NCBI GenBank assembly: GCA_051362555.1
Contig: CM120640.1
Coordinates: 21,700,001-21,764,000, forward strand
Length of the DNA: 64,000 nt
Direction of reading: 5' to 3'
Origin: Lingula anatina
Lineage: Eukaryota > Animalia > Brachiopoda
In this document: positions 36,201 through 50,047 of the stretch, in pieces
How positions within the stretch are numbered: position 1 is the stretch's first letter
How the letters are laid out: each line of letters begins with the position of its first letter
Notes under the pieces: model-generated
What the model was told of the DNA's origin: nothing
Database searches by the model: none
Seen by the model: only the letters and a program-made list of their open reading frames with translations
Made by a program: the position numbers and the translations under genes

Positions 36201-39200
36201 ATTCCACTTTCTCCAGGATAGGGTAATCTTGTTGTTGTCCACACGCACTACTGGTGTAGCATTTAAGGTGGGAAGCTCTAAAATCAGAGATATGCGTTGT
36301 GTCAGAAGAAGTTAAAAGGTCAAAATCAAAATGTGATGCAGCACATTTTTTCAGTTGGCTCCATTATTTCCTAGTTCACATTCTTTGGCCTGTGTGGTTT
36401 GTAGTGCATTATTTAAATCTGAAATACTAACAGATAATTTGTCTGGTTGGGCTGCTGGAGTTAACAGTACTACTCAACATATTTAAATGTCTACAAAATA
36501 CATTCTGAATCCCCATGATATTTCAACAAACAAGCTGCCAGATTTTAAAGAAACTTCCAAGCACTTCCCCACAGCATGCATGAAACCTAACTAATCTTTA
36601 CTCATACTGATAGTTAAAGTCATGGCCACTCACCATAAGAATAAGCTGTGGTATTTTGTATGGAAAAACCTGCCTCTGTACTGACATTACACCTGTAAAC
36701 TTCACGTGGGTTCACCTTGTCCACTACAAACGATCTCTCTTGCACCGTGTCAGTGACTAGCTGGGACTCTGAACTGACCACCGTCTTTCCCCTTGGGGTC
36801 ATCAGATGGATCTCTTCTTCCCGAGGCGCAGGCTTGGCAAAAGCTATACAAGTAAATTTTGCACTTTGGCCTGGGTTGGCTTTTTCATTTTCGAAGTAGG
36901 TGATTCTTGGAGGAGTAACTGGAAGTCAAATAGAAGTATAAAATCTTGAACAATGTACGAAATTTCTTGTTCACATCAAATTAAAACTGACAGAAAAATA
37001 GGACATTTTTCATATACTCCCAATGATCACATTTACCATATATATTTTGAAATGATCAAATCAAACAGGTTCATATTAACCATAACATATACCAAAACTA
37101 TAAAATCAAACAGGTTCATTTAAATCTATATAATAGCTACACCGAATGGCACCTTTAGTGGTTGGTGTTCCTAATCATTCCTTTACCTGGCTGACACCCA
37201 AGTTGTCCCTGTGGTTTATAATACCCCCTAATACACTGGCACTCCTCAGTGGGCCCTGCCTCCTTGTTACAATGGGCTGGGTTACGACACATACAGGCCT
37301 TCTGGCAGTTCTCCCCATAGCGATCATCTTCACAACCTAAAACAGCAAGGATAACTGCATGATAACTGGTTCTAATGGGTTCCCTCTCCATGATCATCGA
37401 CTCTTGCTTATTGTGTACATGTTCTGTAACAAGTTAGGGTAATTTGTAACAAGGTTTTTCTTTTTTTTTTTTTTTTTTTTTTTTGTGATGGGTATACTAA
37501 AAGTTAGTTCCTACTTAAATTTTAGGAACAAACGCAAGCTTGCAATGAACATGCGATATGCAGCTACATCACACTGTGCAATATGAACAGGTATGACCAA
37601 CTGTATTTTATATTAATTTAGTTTTACATTTGACTGTCAATATTCTTGGTATGTCAAATTTTGATGTAAAGGGTGTTTTAATTGTGTAAGGAATATCTAC
37701 AATGTTATAGAATGGATAGTTAAATTGAGCAGAAAACATCATAATCAATTAAAATCACATTATTTAAGCTAAAAAATATTTCATTTGTAACCATTTTGAA
37801 AAAAATAAAATACAATGTTTACTATTTCAAGCAAGACACCAAGATAAAAACCAGTGTTAACCATTGAAAAAAAAAAGGCACATGTCAGCTACTTGGATAG
37901 AACCTGGATGCCATGAAACAGACCATTTTCCTCTTAACATAACCATTTTTAGCTGATTAGTACCATTTCTATTACATTTCTTTTTTTTTTGGTTTGTTTC
38001 CCTTTTCTTTGTGAAACAAGGTTATTTATTGTGTACCTGTTTGGTGACAGTCCTCTCCTGTCCATCCCTCCTTGCATCCAGAGGAGCATTTCCCAGTTGT
38101 CTTATTGCATGCTTCTGTGGGGTTAGCACAGTGACAGTCCTTCAGACAGTTAGGACCAAAGCTGCCATCAGGACAGGCTACACGATTAATAGAAAGAAAG
38201 AAAATCTACCGTGGATCAAGCTGTTAGTAAGTAATAAAAAGAATGGTACAAAATTATCACTATTTCTGAACCATCCCATCCTTCTAGATCACACTTAAAA
38301 TCAGTCACCTGTCATTAATCAATAATTACAAGTTTAACCAAAACCAAAGACATGAAATCATGGTGAATCACACACTACATACTAAGTTACATATATATAT
38401 TCATGTCCAGCAGCCACATAAGTAAATCTCCCGAGACACCTCTATTAATGAAAAATTGGATTAGGCTATTGTCATGTTATCATTCCCATAACCGCTCCCC
38501 AATCAAAAAAAAGCTCTTCATACCCTTTCTATTGGATCTTTTCCTAAGCGTTATAGTGGCTATAGAAATACAAATAAAACTTCAATTCAGTTATCCAATG
38601 AAAACTTCGCTTCTGTTCCAATCCCCTAATAAGTATTCTCGCATACTGAATGTAAATGTGATAACAGAAGGAGGGATGATCGAATTTCCTTCCCATTGCA
38701 CAGCCTGGCCATTATTTAGCTGTGTTCATACAGGGCTGAGGAGGGAATACTGCCACTAAGCTGTCATTTAAGATCTCCCCATTGTTGGCAATATGTGCAC
38801 ATTAAACTGGGACAATTCAATCAGTTTGACAAGAGATGGGGAACTTTTTATTCACTTTCTAATCAAGGCAAGGGCGGTAATGTTCCCTTTGGGTAAAGTC
38901 ATGAAACAGGAATACTAATGGACCATTCATTTTGTAACGTTGTCCAATGAACAATGTGGTCTTGATACTTGGTACTGAGATGAAATTTTCTGCCTAACCA
39001 TTTGCTGGTTTATAATTCTACCCTCGAGAGTAAATACACTTTATTTATTGTAATTTTATAGATTATAAAGAGTCCAGGATATGTTGGTCTTTCTGAACAA
39101 ATGTTTTCTAACAATTTCAATTTACAGAATGACATAATGATAGAACAATCGAGGGAGAAACCTCATCCTTGTCTTTATTAAACGAAGAGTGATTTCTCAG

Positions 39201-40414
39201 TACAGGAAATCATGCTTTACACCTGTATTCATTGTAGCATGCAAGTTGACATGACTCACTTCTACAGCTAACTACAGCTAAGTACACTGTGTAATGGGTA
39301 ATTCAGGCCCCAAGGCAAATGACTTGGCTTGATCTAATGGCATATTTCTCATGCACTAAGGATTTGATGGGTAATAAAGACAGCACTCTTGAGCCATCAG
39401 CTCGGAGATACTTCTGCATGCAGAACAAGTGTTCAATACAGTGGACTGTGTGAAAAGAGATTACAGAGGGCTTCAAAAGATGTAACTATGAGCTGTGGTT
39501 ATCCTTATCGATCAACTAAAAACATCGATTTGAACACTGATGAATCACCATCAGTTTACCTGTCCTTTCTGCTGTTAATCGCCTGGATATCAATAGTCTA
39601 CAGGGGATTGTGTTTGCTTACTGGTATCAAGAATTTATACCTGGTATAATGAGCCAGACTTACTGGGACTTATGTCTGATAAGCACAATGTTAACACGTT
39701 TATCCTTTTCACAGACATCAAAAAGAAGCTTACCTATGTCATATTGTTTTTTATTTGTATCCATTTTGTCAGAAGTGATAAGATTTAATTAAGAGACATT
39801 AATATGTTTTTAAACAAACAGAAAGAATTGGCAGCATACTGACACAATGTTCATGCTTCCATCATTTCAAATTTGACATGAGGTTGAACTGAAATTGTAA
39901 CGTTCACTAATTTTCTGCAGGCATCAAAAATAAAATCAAATTTTCAAGTTATTGTGGGGTAAAATTTGAGACTAAAAGTGGCCATACAAACTGATCTAAA
40001 TAATTTTTAAATCTAAAAATTTCAAGAAAAAAATCAATTGGGGTAATGCAATAATGTCTTTTATACCTGACACTGCAGCTGACCTTTTAGTTTGTTTAAC
40101 TGGAATTATTTTTCAAATAAAAGTTGAATCAATATTTATCTATTATTTATATAAATTAATGCAAATATCTATGTAGGAATACAGATCACAATCTAACATA
40201 AAAACTGACATCAACAATACAATCACTAACACTTGTACAACTACACATATAAACACTTATTTTAAAATACTGCTAACCCACCTACAGAAAAACTGCATAT
40301 TAAATGCTTTAAGAACACTTTTAAAAGAAAGGATATTTCTTGCATGTTTATCTAAATAAATTCAGAAGTATCAACTGTTTCTTGATTTCCCATGGCAAGA
40401 TGGAGAGATTCAAG

Positions 40415-40459
<45 letters not shown>

Positions 40460-43400
40460 TTGATTCTATAATCTCTACAATATTTTACTATACTTTGTAG
40501 CAACTATTCCATATTGTTCTACAGAGCTATATATTAAGAAGCTCTTGAATTGTGTAGAGCTGGAAGAGATGATTATAGCGAGCATGCAGAAAATCCCTTC
40601 ATCTCTGTAGTCTGCACAGGATGTTTGGAGCTCTCAGACAGCAATGAACAGATATCAGTAGATCTTCATTAAAACAGATACCCCTGTGTTCAAGGTGAAA
40701 GCCAAGAGGCTTCCCAGGTAGACTATAACACAGCAGATCTTACCTGTCTGGCAGTCGCCTCCTTTCCATCCATCTGCACACCCGGAGGAGCAGATGCCAG
40801 TGAGGCTGCAGTCCTCTTCCTCATCACTGCAGTGGCACTCACTTCTACAGTTTATACCAAACCTGAAGGCTGGGCAGTCTGGAAACAACAGATATACAAT
40901 TTTTCAATATGTAACAATAATATAAGTGAGGTTATTTGGAAACGCGTCTCAAACTAAATGAACCATCAAGTACTTACTTAAGGAAAATACTTTGCAATGA
41001 AAATAAATGACTTATCTTACAGACATTTCTATAATGTTCAGAATCACATAACAAGGAATTAAAATAAAAACAGTGTAACAACATAAATGAAAAGATAACA
41101 GCAATATTCCAGATGATGAAGAATCAAACTAACAACCTCTAATAAAACTATATTCTAAAGGTATACAATATTTTAAAGGTATTTAATATAAGTACAACAA
41201 AAAAGTTGGTATCTCTGCCAAGCTAAGACCTGATTACCAGGAAACCACAGATTAGGTAAATCACTGAAGAAAATCACAAGTTGGATCTGCACCAAAATCC
41301 TGTCTTACTCCCTATTCCTAGGTATTAATTCATTTGACAATCACACAAAACAAATAAGAATGGAGACATAATATATATGTATATACCCCATTGGTAGAGA
41401 TCACAAAACATAGGCTATGTCACACACCCCTGTGATACTCACCACATTTGCGTAAACTACAAGAGGTGTATCTACTGACACTTTCTGTGTAACACCAAGG
41501 ACCTTCATTCCATGGGTTTTCGCTAGGGTTGCGACACAGATTAGCAGCATCAGAAAGGGTTTTGTCAGGAAAGTAGGAGGCATTGCGATAGTTACTGTAG
41601 ATGATTGGACTACCAGAATCCCAGCGCACACAATTGGGTAAAGTTTTCTTTCCAGTGTAGTGTATGCCATCATGGTCATCATAGTAGCAATTGGAATCTA
41701 CAAATCAAGGTTCAAATCACTGAACCACAATCTAAAAAATTATCAATTGAATGCATGTTCTGGTCTCTCTTTAATTATTTTTCACCAGGGTAAGGAAAGA
41801 AATTTACTAATATATAAATGTCTTTCATCAGTGTGCTAAGCATGTACACAAATCGTACTCATCAATTCTATATAAACATGCATTCAATTCTATACAAAAC
41901 ATGCATTCAATTTGAAATGAGAACTAATCAAAATCATAAATCAAACTTATAACCATAAATATCTATGGTAGATAAGAATATAGGTGCAGATGATGTTGCC
42001 CAAGCTTCTTTTCCTCCTCACCTTAATGCATATTTATTATTTGCAAAAAAAAATTGCAAGCATATTTTAAAATTGGTCTTTCATTTTCAGTTTTCCTAAA
42101 TATACAGGAAATTACATCTTGAGAATACCATCTGCTAACAATAATACAATGAACACAATATAGGGCTAGGAAGAAAAGGTTCTCTATAATCCTAGCAGAT
42201 AAATTTCATCCTAACAACCAATATTATAATAATAACATTTTATATAATCTATATCATGCCATGACTGATTACTATGGAAGACCAATTTATTCATGTTCAA
42301 TTTTGTATAGAATTGTTTTAAACTATTATGACAAGAATCACATGAATGCTGCTGAATATGGAGAACCATCCACATATAACTTGGGAAGGGCAAGGGAAAA
42401 TGCACTGATTTTTCACTGTTCAATCAATTTAACCAATTACAATAAGAATAGGAAAGAAAGATTACCAGTTGCGCAATAAGAAAAGAATTAGCATAAAATC
42501 AGAAATACAATATCCAATTTCATTAATTCATTTCTATTATTTTATGTTCAACTATCTTTATTATTTTTTACATTAAATCTTTAAACAGGAATTTACAATA
42601 ATATTGTCCATAATCATGCACTTTTGAAAAAAGAAAAAAGTACAAGCTGTACACATATATATAATTACCTAATATGCATCCTGGCCCCCAACGGTCATCC
42701 TGGCAACCACCAACACATTCTCCTGTCGTCTGGTCACACTCTACGCCATCTTGACACTGGCATTCATATCTACATCTCCATCCATATCTTCCAGAAGGGC
42801 AGTTGGCAAAGGCTAAAAAGATTTTATAAAATGTTACATAAACATCTGTTCATGAAAAGAATGCAATAAATAAATAATTTATAAGTTATACTCTGTACCA
42901 GCTGAAGATAAGATGTGGCTTGAGACACAATGCTCATTTGGGCTATGTACCATCAAAGCATGAGGTGCCAACTAAGGCTTTGGACATAAAAATAATGGTG
43001 ATTGTTATGGTTTAGATTTTGAGGAAAACATGGCTTCTTGATATATTATATTTTAATTTAAAAGCATATGCAGTTTAATGTTCTGAAAGAGCAAGACAGT
43101 CAGAGGTTTCACTGAAGTGAAAATGTGATACTTAGTGATCTAATGCTTTAAAAGGCAAAAAAAAAAAGTTAGCAATTATTCTACTCCATTTCTTTGTCAA
43201 AAAGAAATGCACATAATTGCACAGGCTGCCTATTCTTCTATAAAAAGTAAACACTGTTTAGGTACTAAATATATTACCACTGTGATTCAATCATTTACAA
43301 GTAACTTACAAAATAACTCAGCCCAAACAGCACAAATGACTTCTTCGCTAATCACACATACCCCAATTTCAAAAGAAAACAGAGACATATATACACACAT

Positions 43401-46400
43401 TTATAATACAAAAAGCATAAATACAGAAGCGCAAACACAGGTTCATGTGGAGTTAAGGAACACCTGGGCTCCAGCTTCTATCATAACACTGCTGAACTAA
43501 ATCTGGTGTAAAAGAACAGGGTTACAACACCAGTCGACTAATATGAACATCACTTCAACAGCAGGTAGAATACTGGTAATTTGTTCCTTGAGACAGAATA
43601 AAAATCTCCCATCTGACCAGTGCTCTCTGTAGGACCAAGTATATACATATATAGATAAAGAAGACTTCAAAGACTAGGTAAATAGAAATACCTGTCACTT
43701 GAAAAAGATATAAAATTTATATCCACATACCCTAACCTGGCCTGGATCAAAGTAATATAGGCCAAGAGCCCAGTATATATAATGACTCTCTACATTCCAG
43801 CAGCTACAGTAGAGTTACTATCCACACCTGCATGCCACACCAGCCGCATAACCTACCTTATAAAATTGGACTGACAGCAGGTGATGATGGATTGGGAGGT
43901 CCTTCCCTCTTACTCAATACAAGAAGACGTAATTCAACAGAACTATTTACCAGTGTCCACATGTTAAGTTGCATATATAAAATTTTATTGCTCTGATTTT
44001 TCTTTAAATTCATTTCTCATTTGTTTCTAGTTCATATTTCATTTACACATTCCTTAAAAGTCTTGAACTCATGGTCACAGGAGGAACAATAATGTGCATA
44101 GACTATATGACAATATTTTGATTAAACTTCTGATCCTTCTGTCCAATCAACTTCATCAACTAAATCATTTGTTCATTTGTTCACTAATAAATGCAAAGGC
44201 TCTATGTATTTAGCAAGAAACAATGCCATGTAACAATGATAAATAACAAATTTTGTTTTATAAGGATACAAAACAATTGCTGATATAACCTTAACATCAC
44301 ATCAATAAGTAAAATACCAATGTCTTCACATGACCAAAATCTAACTGCAATGATTGTATAACTTTTATAACTGTGATTGTTCAGTGCAGGTTTTCAAATA
44401 ATCCAAACACAGATCATTTATTCAAACCCAACAGTTAAAATCCTGAGACAGTAAAAACAAACCCTGTAGAAACATCAAGGTCTACATTTCACCACGAATC
44501 TCACATATACTTCTAGCAAACCAACTGTGAAATTTTACATAGTGCTCAGGTACAAAGAATCACTGATGAGCATGGCTGCTTCTAAATCTCAACAACCAGT
44601 TTACTGATAATTTACATCAGCCATAGTAGTCAAGACAGGCTTTAGTTACTTTTTCTTCTCTTCCACTGGTTTCCCTATTACAATTTTAAGTCTAGATTCT
44701 TTAAAATGCATTCCCATGGCTTCAAGCTGAATCACCTATTATCAGGTTATTATTAAATCTTCTCTTTCTTTTCAAGTGTCACGAGGCTAACTCAATGAAA
44801 GCAATGAAGGATGCAGTATCTGGTTAAGGTAAAAAAGTTTGCTTCGGCCCTATGGCACAGGGGTCTGTACGGTTGACTCACTACTTTCTACACAGATTAC
44901 AGCCCACTTAGCCAAGATTCGGTGCTATATCTTTTCCAAGTTTTACATAATTCAAAGTGTATGTGCAACTGAAACTTTACAGTGAAATATGGAATCTAAA
45001 ATACATTTGTTGGTTAGGCAATCAAAAAATTTCTACCACTTTCATCAACCACACAGATTTTCCAGGAAAGTTTTATGAAAAAGACTAAAACATGATTTTG
45101 GTTGTCTAAATATTTTTTCAGGTAGAGGGGGATTTCAGTTGGAAGTAAAACCTAAGGAGGTTTTGCTGATTAAGCCGGGATACAACTGAGACAAATCCTC
45201 TGTCTACTCCAGTAAATCTCTCTGTAAATGTGGCATTTTGGCTACTGAAGACGTATCATCAATTCTCAAAATGCATCCTTCCACAGCCTTCAACGTATTA
45301 CCCAGTCAAGATTCCTAATGGGATATATGTGACTAAAATAAACAAACACAAACTTCAGGTGCATAGCCATATACTCTGAGGCAGCCTTAGCTATTGGCCC
45401 ATAGAACAAGATTTAAAATGAAGTAACATTGTAAAGCTCATCTTTTACTTTTTTAAAGGCCAACACATCTATTAATACAGCACTAGAGAGGAGAGCAGGT
45501 AGACACCTTACTAAATTAGGAAGAACAGAACAAACAGACAGTCAGCTGGCATTTTTATTTTAGTCCCAACATTCAATATCCCTGGGTAAAAACAGTATTT
45601 CTTAATCTAATAGAATTTGCCTCACATTAGCCCTATGTTTGAAATCAGGCTGTAAGGCAGATCAATCAAACAATATGTATCAATCCAATAAGAAACAAAT
45701 AGCTGTCTGCACAGCTATAATCATCTATTCCATGCCCCTCCCCCACCTCCCAAAATATCCCCATCAGAGCCCATTGACATCCAGATCTACATGGTCACCT
45801 TACACCAGTGGCAGCATGCCCTCATTCCCACACAACTGCAGCCAAATCAAGTATCAAATGGCACCACCATAAAATACTTCAACACAACAGGAATGAAATA
45901 CTTGAATGCAACAGGAAGGAAGTGCCGTGTGGTTATCTCTATTCAAATGAACTCAATAAACGAGAAAAAGCGGGTACCAAATATTTGTATGTGTGCTGGA
46001 TGCAAGATAACTTTCATTTCCTGGCAATGGATGTTTAATGTAAGCCATTAATTGTGCTCTGAGTACCTAGAATCCTCTCCCTGAAATGGCACATGTACAA
46101 ATATATGAGGTGCTGCTTCTCCCATCCCTGTAACACTTATATAAATATCTTCCTGTGAAGAGCCTCCGGGTTTAATAGCTCACTTCACTATTAACCTTGA
46201 AGTAAAACAGATGATCAAGAAAGCATAAAACTGCATGTCAAAATACTCTTCTCTTTAGTGTAAAGGATGAAAGCCTGGGACAAAAAAAAAGATCTGCCGC
46301 AGGAGAGTGCTGAATCCAATTTCCTGAATTAATTTACATACTTGTTTGTGCAGAAATACCCAAGTGTGTACACCAGGGTTTTTCCAGGGTTTGGGGTACA

Positions 46401-49244
46401 GGGAGTCCAAAATGTGAATCTGTAATTTCACCACTGATTTACAAGGAGTCCAACCCAAGCAAGTCAAGTCCCCAACCTGGCATTTCCCCAAAATTCTGTA
46501 AGCAGCCTAGTGGCCTCCCAAATGATAGCTGGACAGCTCTCTGGGGAAAGACTTGGTGTACACCTTTATTTTTGCCCATTTGTTGTAAAAATGTTTACAG
46601 AAATATACAGAAGTGAGTGTACTCCCGTTTGTTGGAAAAATAGGTTTACAGAAACACACAAAAGTGCCTGCACTCCTCTAAATGCCCCAGTGTGGTAAAG
46701 ATGTACAGAAATACATGACAGCAGGGGTGTGCTAGCATGTACATGTGCACAACTCAACTTAGTATATCCCCCCATGTCATAAACCCTCACTTTGTTGACA
46801 AAGGGGAATTTTTATCTATAAAACTGAATGCTACCAAAATTGACAAACATTTTAATATTATGAATTCACTTTTTAGCAATGTCTTGAGGGAGGCAAACAC
46901 AATACATTCCCCATCCTAGGCTACCATGTACCATATCTGCTTCTTGATTATATGGTTTTATACACTGCTTATGGGAATAAAATCTACAATAGTGCATATT
47001 GCCATAATGACATTACCTAAACCTACCAACTGTAAAAAGATGACACAAGCCTTTGAAAATAAAATGGAGTTCAAATCACACATTAGAATAAATTATATTT
47101 TGAAGGGTATTAATAAGCACAACTGTCATATCCAATATATCTTTTACCATTCTTTTTTTAAATGAACACCACTTTGTGATGAAAAAAAACTTCTAATTTT
47201 TCACCTCAAATGAACTTGCTATTTGTAAACTGAGGGAAGTGAAATAAAGGACAAATATTATGACGCATTTCTTCCTTCAGTTTGCTCTCCATATAGGAAT
47301 AATGGATTCTATCCATCACAAGAACTGCTATCTATTGATTCTACATTTATTACCCTGGGATAATCTACTGGCCAGCACATCATTGAACACTTCTGGCTCA
47401 GAGCATAGGATTTTAGAATTCTGTGCATAGACAGAGAGTGCCAATTATGTGCCTAAAACATTACAGTTGAAGAGAAAAGCTTTTAGCAATTCTGTGGTGA
47501 GAAATGATCTGTTGTATTCCAACTCTACCGCAGAGTTAGTCACCCAAGGTTTGAATGACGATACCCTTTCTAACCACTTCCTATATATACAGTTCTCATA
47601 TTGATATTCATCACAGCCATCACAATATGACCATTTTTTGTGTTCAATCAAGTAAAACAAGTTCTAGCATGAATTCAAAATACTGTTAATGAGTAATTTC
47701 TCATCCCATATGACTCTCCATGCCATCTAACACTAAATGAGATGACAAGGATTCCTAGATAAACTCTATTTATTCAGTCCTACATGCTAGTGTGCACAGC
47801 CCTTCAAAATGTGTGACTTCTTAGATCAATACTCTTCTGTTTCCGGAAAACTAGCCAGAGTAATAGAGCTATCCCTTTAGACATACAGCCAAGATAAAAT
47901 CAATAGAACAGAGACAAAATTCTCCTGGAGTTTGTTAATGCCGAACTTGGACCATCATTGTGAAAGATCATGAGGCAAATTCAATACAATACAAATATAA
48001 TAAATAATAGATTTTGTAAAAGATTTTTTAGGAATTGTAAATATTACTTACATAAACAATAACATAAACAGGATGGCAATGTAAATGTTGATATATAATA
48101 CATACATAAAATTAGATTATGAAACCAAAACAGTTTGGCAATTGAACGCTGGCATTGCCTTAGGACGAAAAGGGCAACTACCCTTGATGTATACTCGAGG
48201 GGCAAAAATGAACCTAAATAGTGGATAATTGGGAAAATTGTCACTTAAAGGATATTACAGAATTGTGGAGAAGTGGATATACCTTGATATACTAAAATGG
48301 GGTAATATGTACCTAAAATGCCATTGAATCTGCTTCTGGTAATAAACTCATCTATCATGGAATGGCATGCACTGATTATAAAAATAAATTGTAAGTTTTG
48401 TCCGATTCCCACAGTATGGTAAAGGTCTTATCATGCATGCACCATTTTACTCCCGTTATCTATGAATATAGACTACTAGACAAAAAATCTATCACAAATC
48501 ACTTATCATGAGAAAAAGGTGGTCAATTAGGTCACTTGTGTAGATAAATTACTTTGTATTTTCTACATGAGAGAATCAATTTCTTCAAGCCACAATTAGT
48601 TACATGTACACTTGTTAATATTGAAGTACACGGTATATTGATGACAGATGACCGGTTCCATATAAATTATCATTTAAACTTGCGAGGTAAACAATTGATT
48701 AATGTCTGTCCTTGTACCTGTACAAATACCAATTTAACAGATTTGATAACAAAATGGTAAAACATAAGTTTTTAGCATAATTTTTTTGAGCTTGTCAGAC
48801 CAGACAAATTCTTCAGCGAACCCCTACTCAAACGAGTCACACGTTCAGACACGAGTGTAGGATCGCTGGACTACAGCTAATGCCACATGTATTTCGACTC
48901 TTTTCAATATTGCTTAAGTATTAAAACAACAATAGTAACACGGTTACTGATATTGATATTATGAAAACACAACGTAAAATGTGCTTTAGCGGTCGAAGTT
49001 TCTCTGAGGATATCCCCAAGTGTCCGACGGTAAATTATGACCCAGATTCCGTCTGGGGCGTAAGGGTCACGCAAAAAATGATTTTATCCCATGCAGAAGC
49101 TGCTTAACAGACAAATGTGCTATACGTTTCTGTAAACATACGATGTAGGTTAGTTGTAAGTCATTTACCTGATCCTTGGATACACAGAATAACGAGAAAT
49201 ACGCCGAAGATGTGAAGAGCTCTCACATTCTGACGTTCAGCCAT
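24982..49244 (-). CDS. Receptor-type protein tyrosine phosphatase, ~1656 aa: signal peptide-EGF-kringle-EGFx3-Ig-FN3x4-(FN3-like stalk)-TM-PTP D1-PTP D2
   Basis: 29 phase-compatible exons: 49244-49169, 42812-42669, 41697-41443, 40878-40744, 38177-38037, 37336-37187, 36918-36634, 36277-35957, 35716-35634, 35471-35237, 34965-34733, 34544-34475, 34292-34186, 33885-33654, 33441-33348, 33150-32822, 32525-32316, 31991-31792, 31604-31517, 31328-31252, 30952-30818, 30619-30500, 30312-30164, 29589-29454, 29104-28772, 28594-28331, 27975-27818, 27567-27432, 25056-24982 (total 4971 nt). D1 has [21 protein letters not shown] and HCSAGVGR. Confidence 0.9.
25371..25710. repeat. Left arm of a 340-bp inverted repeat (partner 26550-26889), flanked by a 26-bp direct repeat
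   Basis: Reverse complement of 26550-26889, with 3 mismatches seen by eye; ATGCATTCTTGGGAGAGTAATTTGGA at 25346-25371 and 25710-25735. Confidence 0.92.
26550..26889. repeat. Right arm of the 340-bp inverted repeat
   Basis: TCTATTGTTTTTCTTTTGTG...GTAACGTTATCTGCT is the reverse complement of 25371-25710. Confidence 0.92.
27243..27277. repeat. (TA)n microsatellite
   Basis: Pure TA run abutting the right TIR. Confidence 0.95.
29882..30182 (-). repeat. 46-bp minisatellite (6.5 units) spanning an exon/intron junction of the RPTP catalytic exon
   Basis: Unit ACTTACCTGCAGTGTAGCACCATAGTGTGGTGTGCAGTGTACTTTA starts at 29882, 29928, 29974, 30020, 30066, 30112 and 30158 (the last is partial and runs into the exon). 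Confidence 0.97.
32316..32525 (-). CDS. RPTP transmembrane exon
   Basis: [23 protein letters not shown] followed by the RRRKRH stop-transfer cluster. Confidence 0.92.
40418..40456. repeat. (AAT)n microsatellite
   Basis: About 12 AAT units in an RPTP intron. Confidence 0.9.
41443..41697 (-). CDS. RPTP kringle-domain exon (85 codons, phase 1-1)
   Basis: [24 protein letters not shown]...[20 protein letters not shown]...CSLRKC has six Cys and the NxCRNP and PWCYT kringle signatures. Confidence 0.9.
49169..49244 (-). CDS. RPTP first coding exon (signal peptide)
   Basis: [25 protein letters not shown], then G|GTAAAT phase-1 donor matching the next exon; locally CpG-rich. Confidence 0.75.
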
Positions 49245-49262
49245 GTTCCTTTCATCTTCCCG

Positions 49263-49283
49263 TTTACGCGTGGTCACGTGGTT
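49263..49283 (-). promoter_or_regulatory. E-box (GTCACGTGG) just upstream of the RPTP start codon
   Basis: TTTACGCGTGGTCACGTGGTT about 20-40 bp from the ATG; motif match only. Confidence 0.3.
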
Positions 49284-49886
49284 AGGAAATTAAGTCTTGT
49301 AAGTTTTCTGAGGGTGCGTTTTGTAGTAGAGACTGAGTAGAACTGTATAGATATTTGGTTGTCACCTTGAAAGGCCCATGGATGTAAATCGCATAGAACG
49401 ATGGATATAATACTGCACTACGCCGCCATAACAATAATGATATTCAAATTAATGAATTTTATATTAATCGTGGATAGCTATATAAAGGGTCTAGCAGTTT
49501 TAATAAGTTTATAAACTAGATATAATAGGGCAAAATAGGCCTGTGAACAGGCACGTTTAATTCACTGATAAAATTGTTACTGGAAAGCATTAAAACAATG
49601 AACTCTTAACAAATATTTTTTGTATTGTGCATGTTGATAAATGGAAATATTTCTTCTATTTAGAAAAAAAAGCATCTGTAAAATACTGTAGGCCTACGTG
49701 TTACATTCAGGTTTTAAAAACGTAAAAATGTAGGCCTTTATAATGTGTTTTTAAGAAATTTTTATTTGTGAGATATTGTGAGAAAGGAAAAATCCAAACC
49801 ACACCCCTGGGGCTATACTTATCAGGGGAAATACATGTAAACTGGAGAAGTTCTAGATGAGATATGTATCCCTTCTGTTTCAATCC

Positions 49887-50047
49887 CAGGCCAGGGGGGA
49901 TTCGGGGGGTTCGAAAGAACCGCCCCTTTTGCTGGGAAAAGGTCCACTCTGGATAAAATTTGATCTAGGTACATGAAGTTTTTATGGAAAAAGGTCCACT
50001 TTTTCAGAAAAAGAACCCCCCTTTTGAAATTGCTGGCTACGGGCCTG
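49887..50047 (-). mobile_element. MITE copy 1 (CAGGCC...GGCCTG termini, 5-bp TSD AATCC)
   Basis: Near-identical to 53255-53427 in reverse orientation; AATCC at 49882-49886 and 50048-50052; one TIR has a short internal deletion. Confidence 0.85.

Noticed and set aside
43858-43960. ATG-initiated segment followed by a donor-like GTAGGT in RPTP intron 1 (alternative first exon?)
   Set aside because: In-frame TAA just before the donor and no signal peptide
45639-48760. Many 60-90-aa ORFs in the large first RPTP intron
   Set aside because: No domain motifs or consistent splice phases; expected by chance in AT-rich DNA
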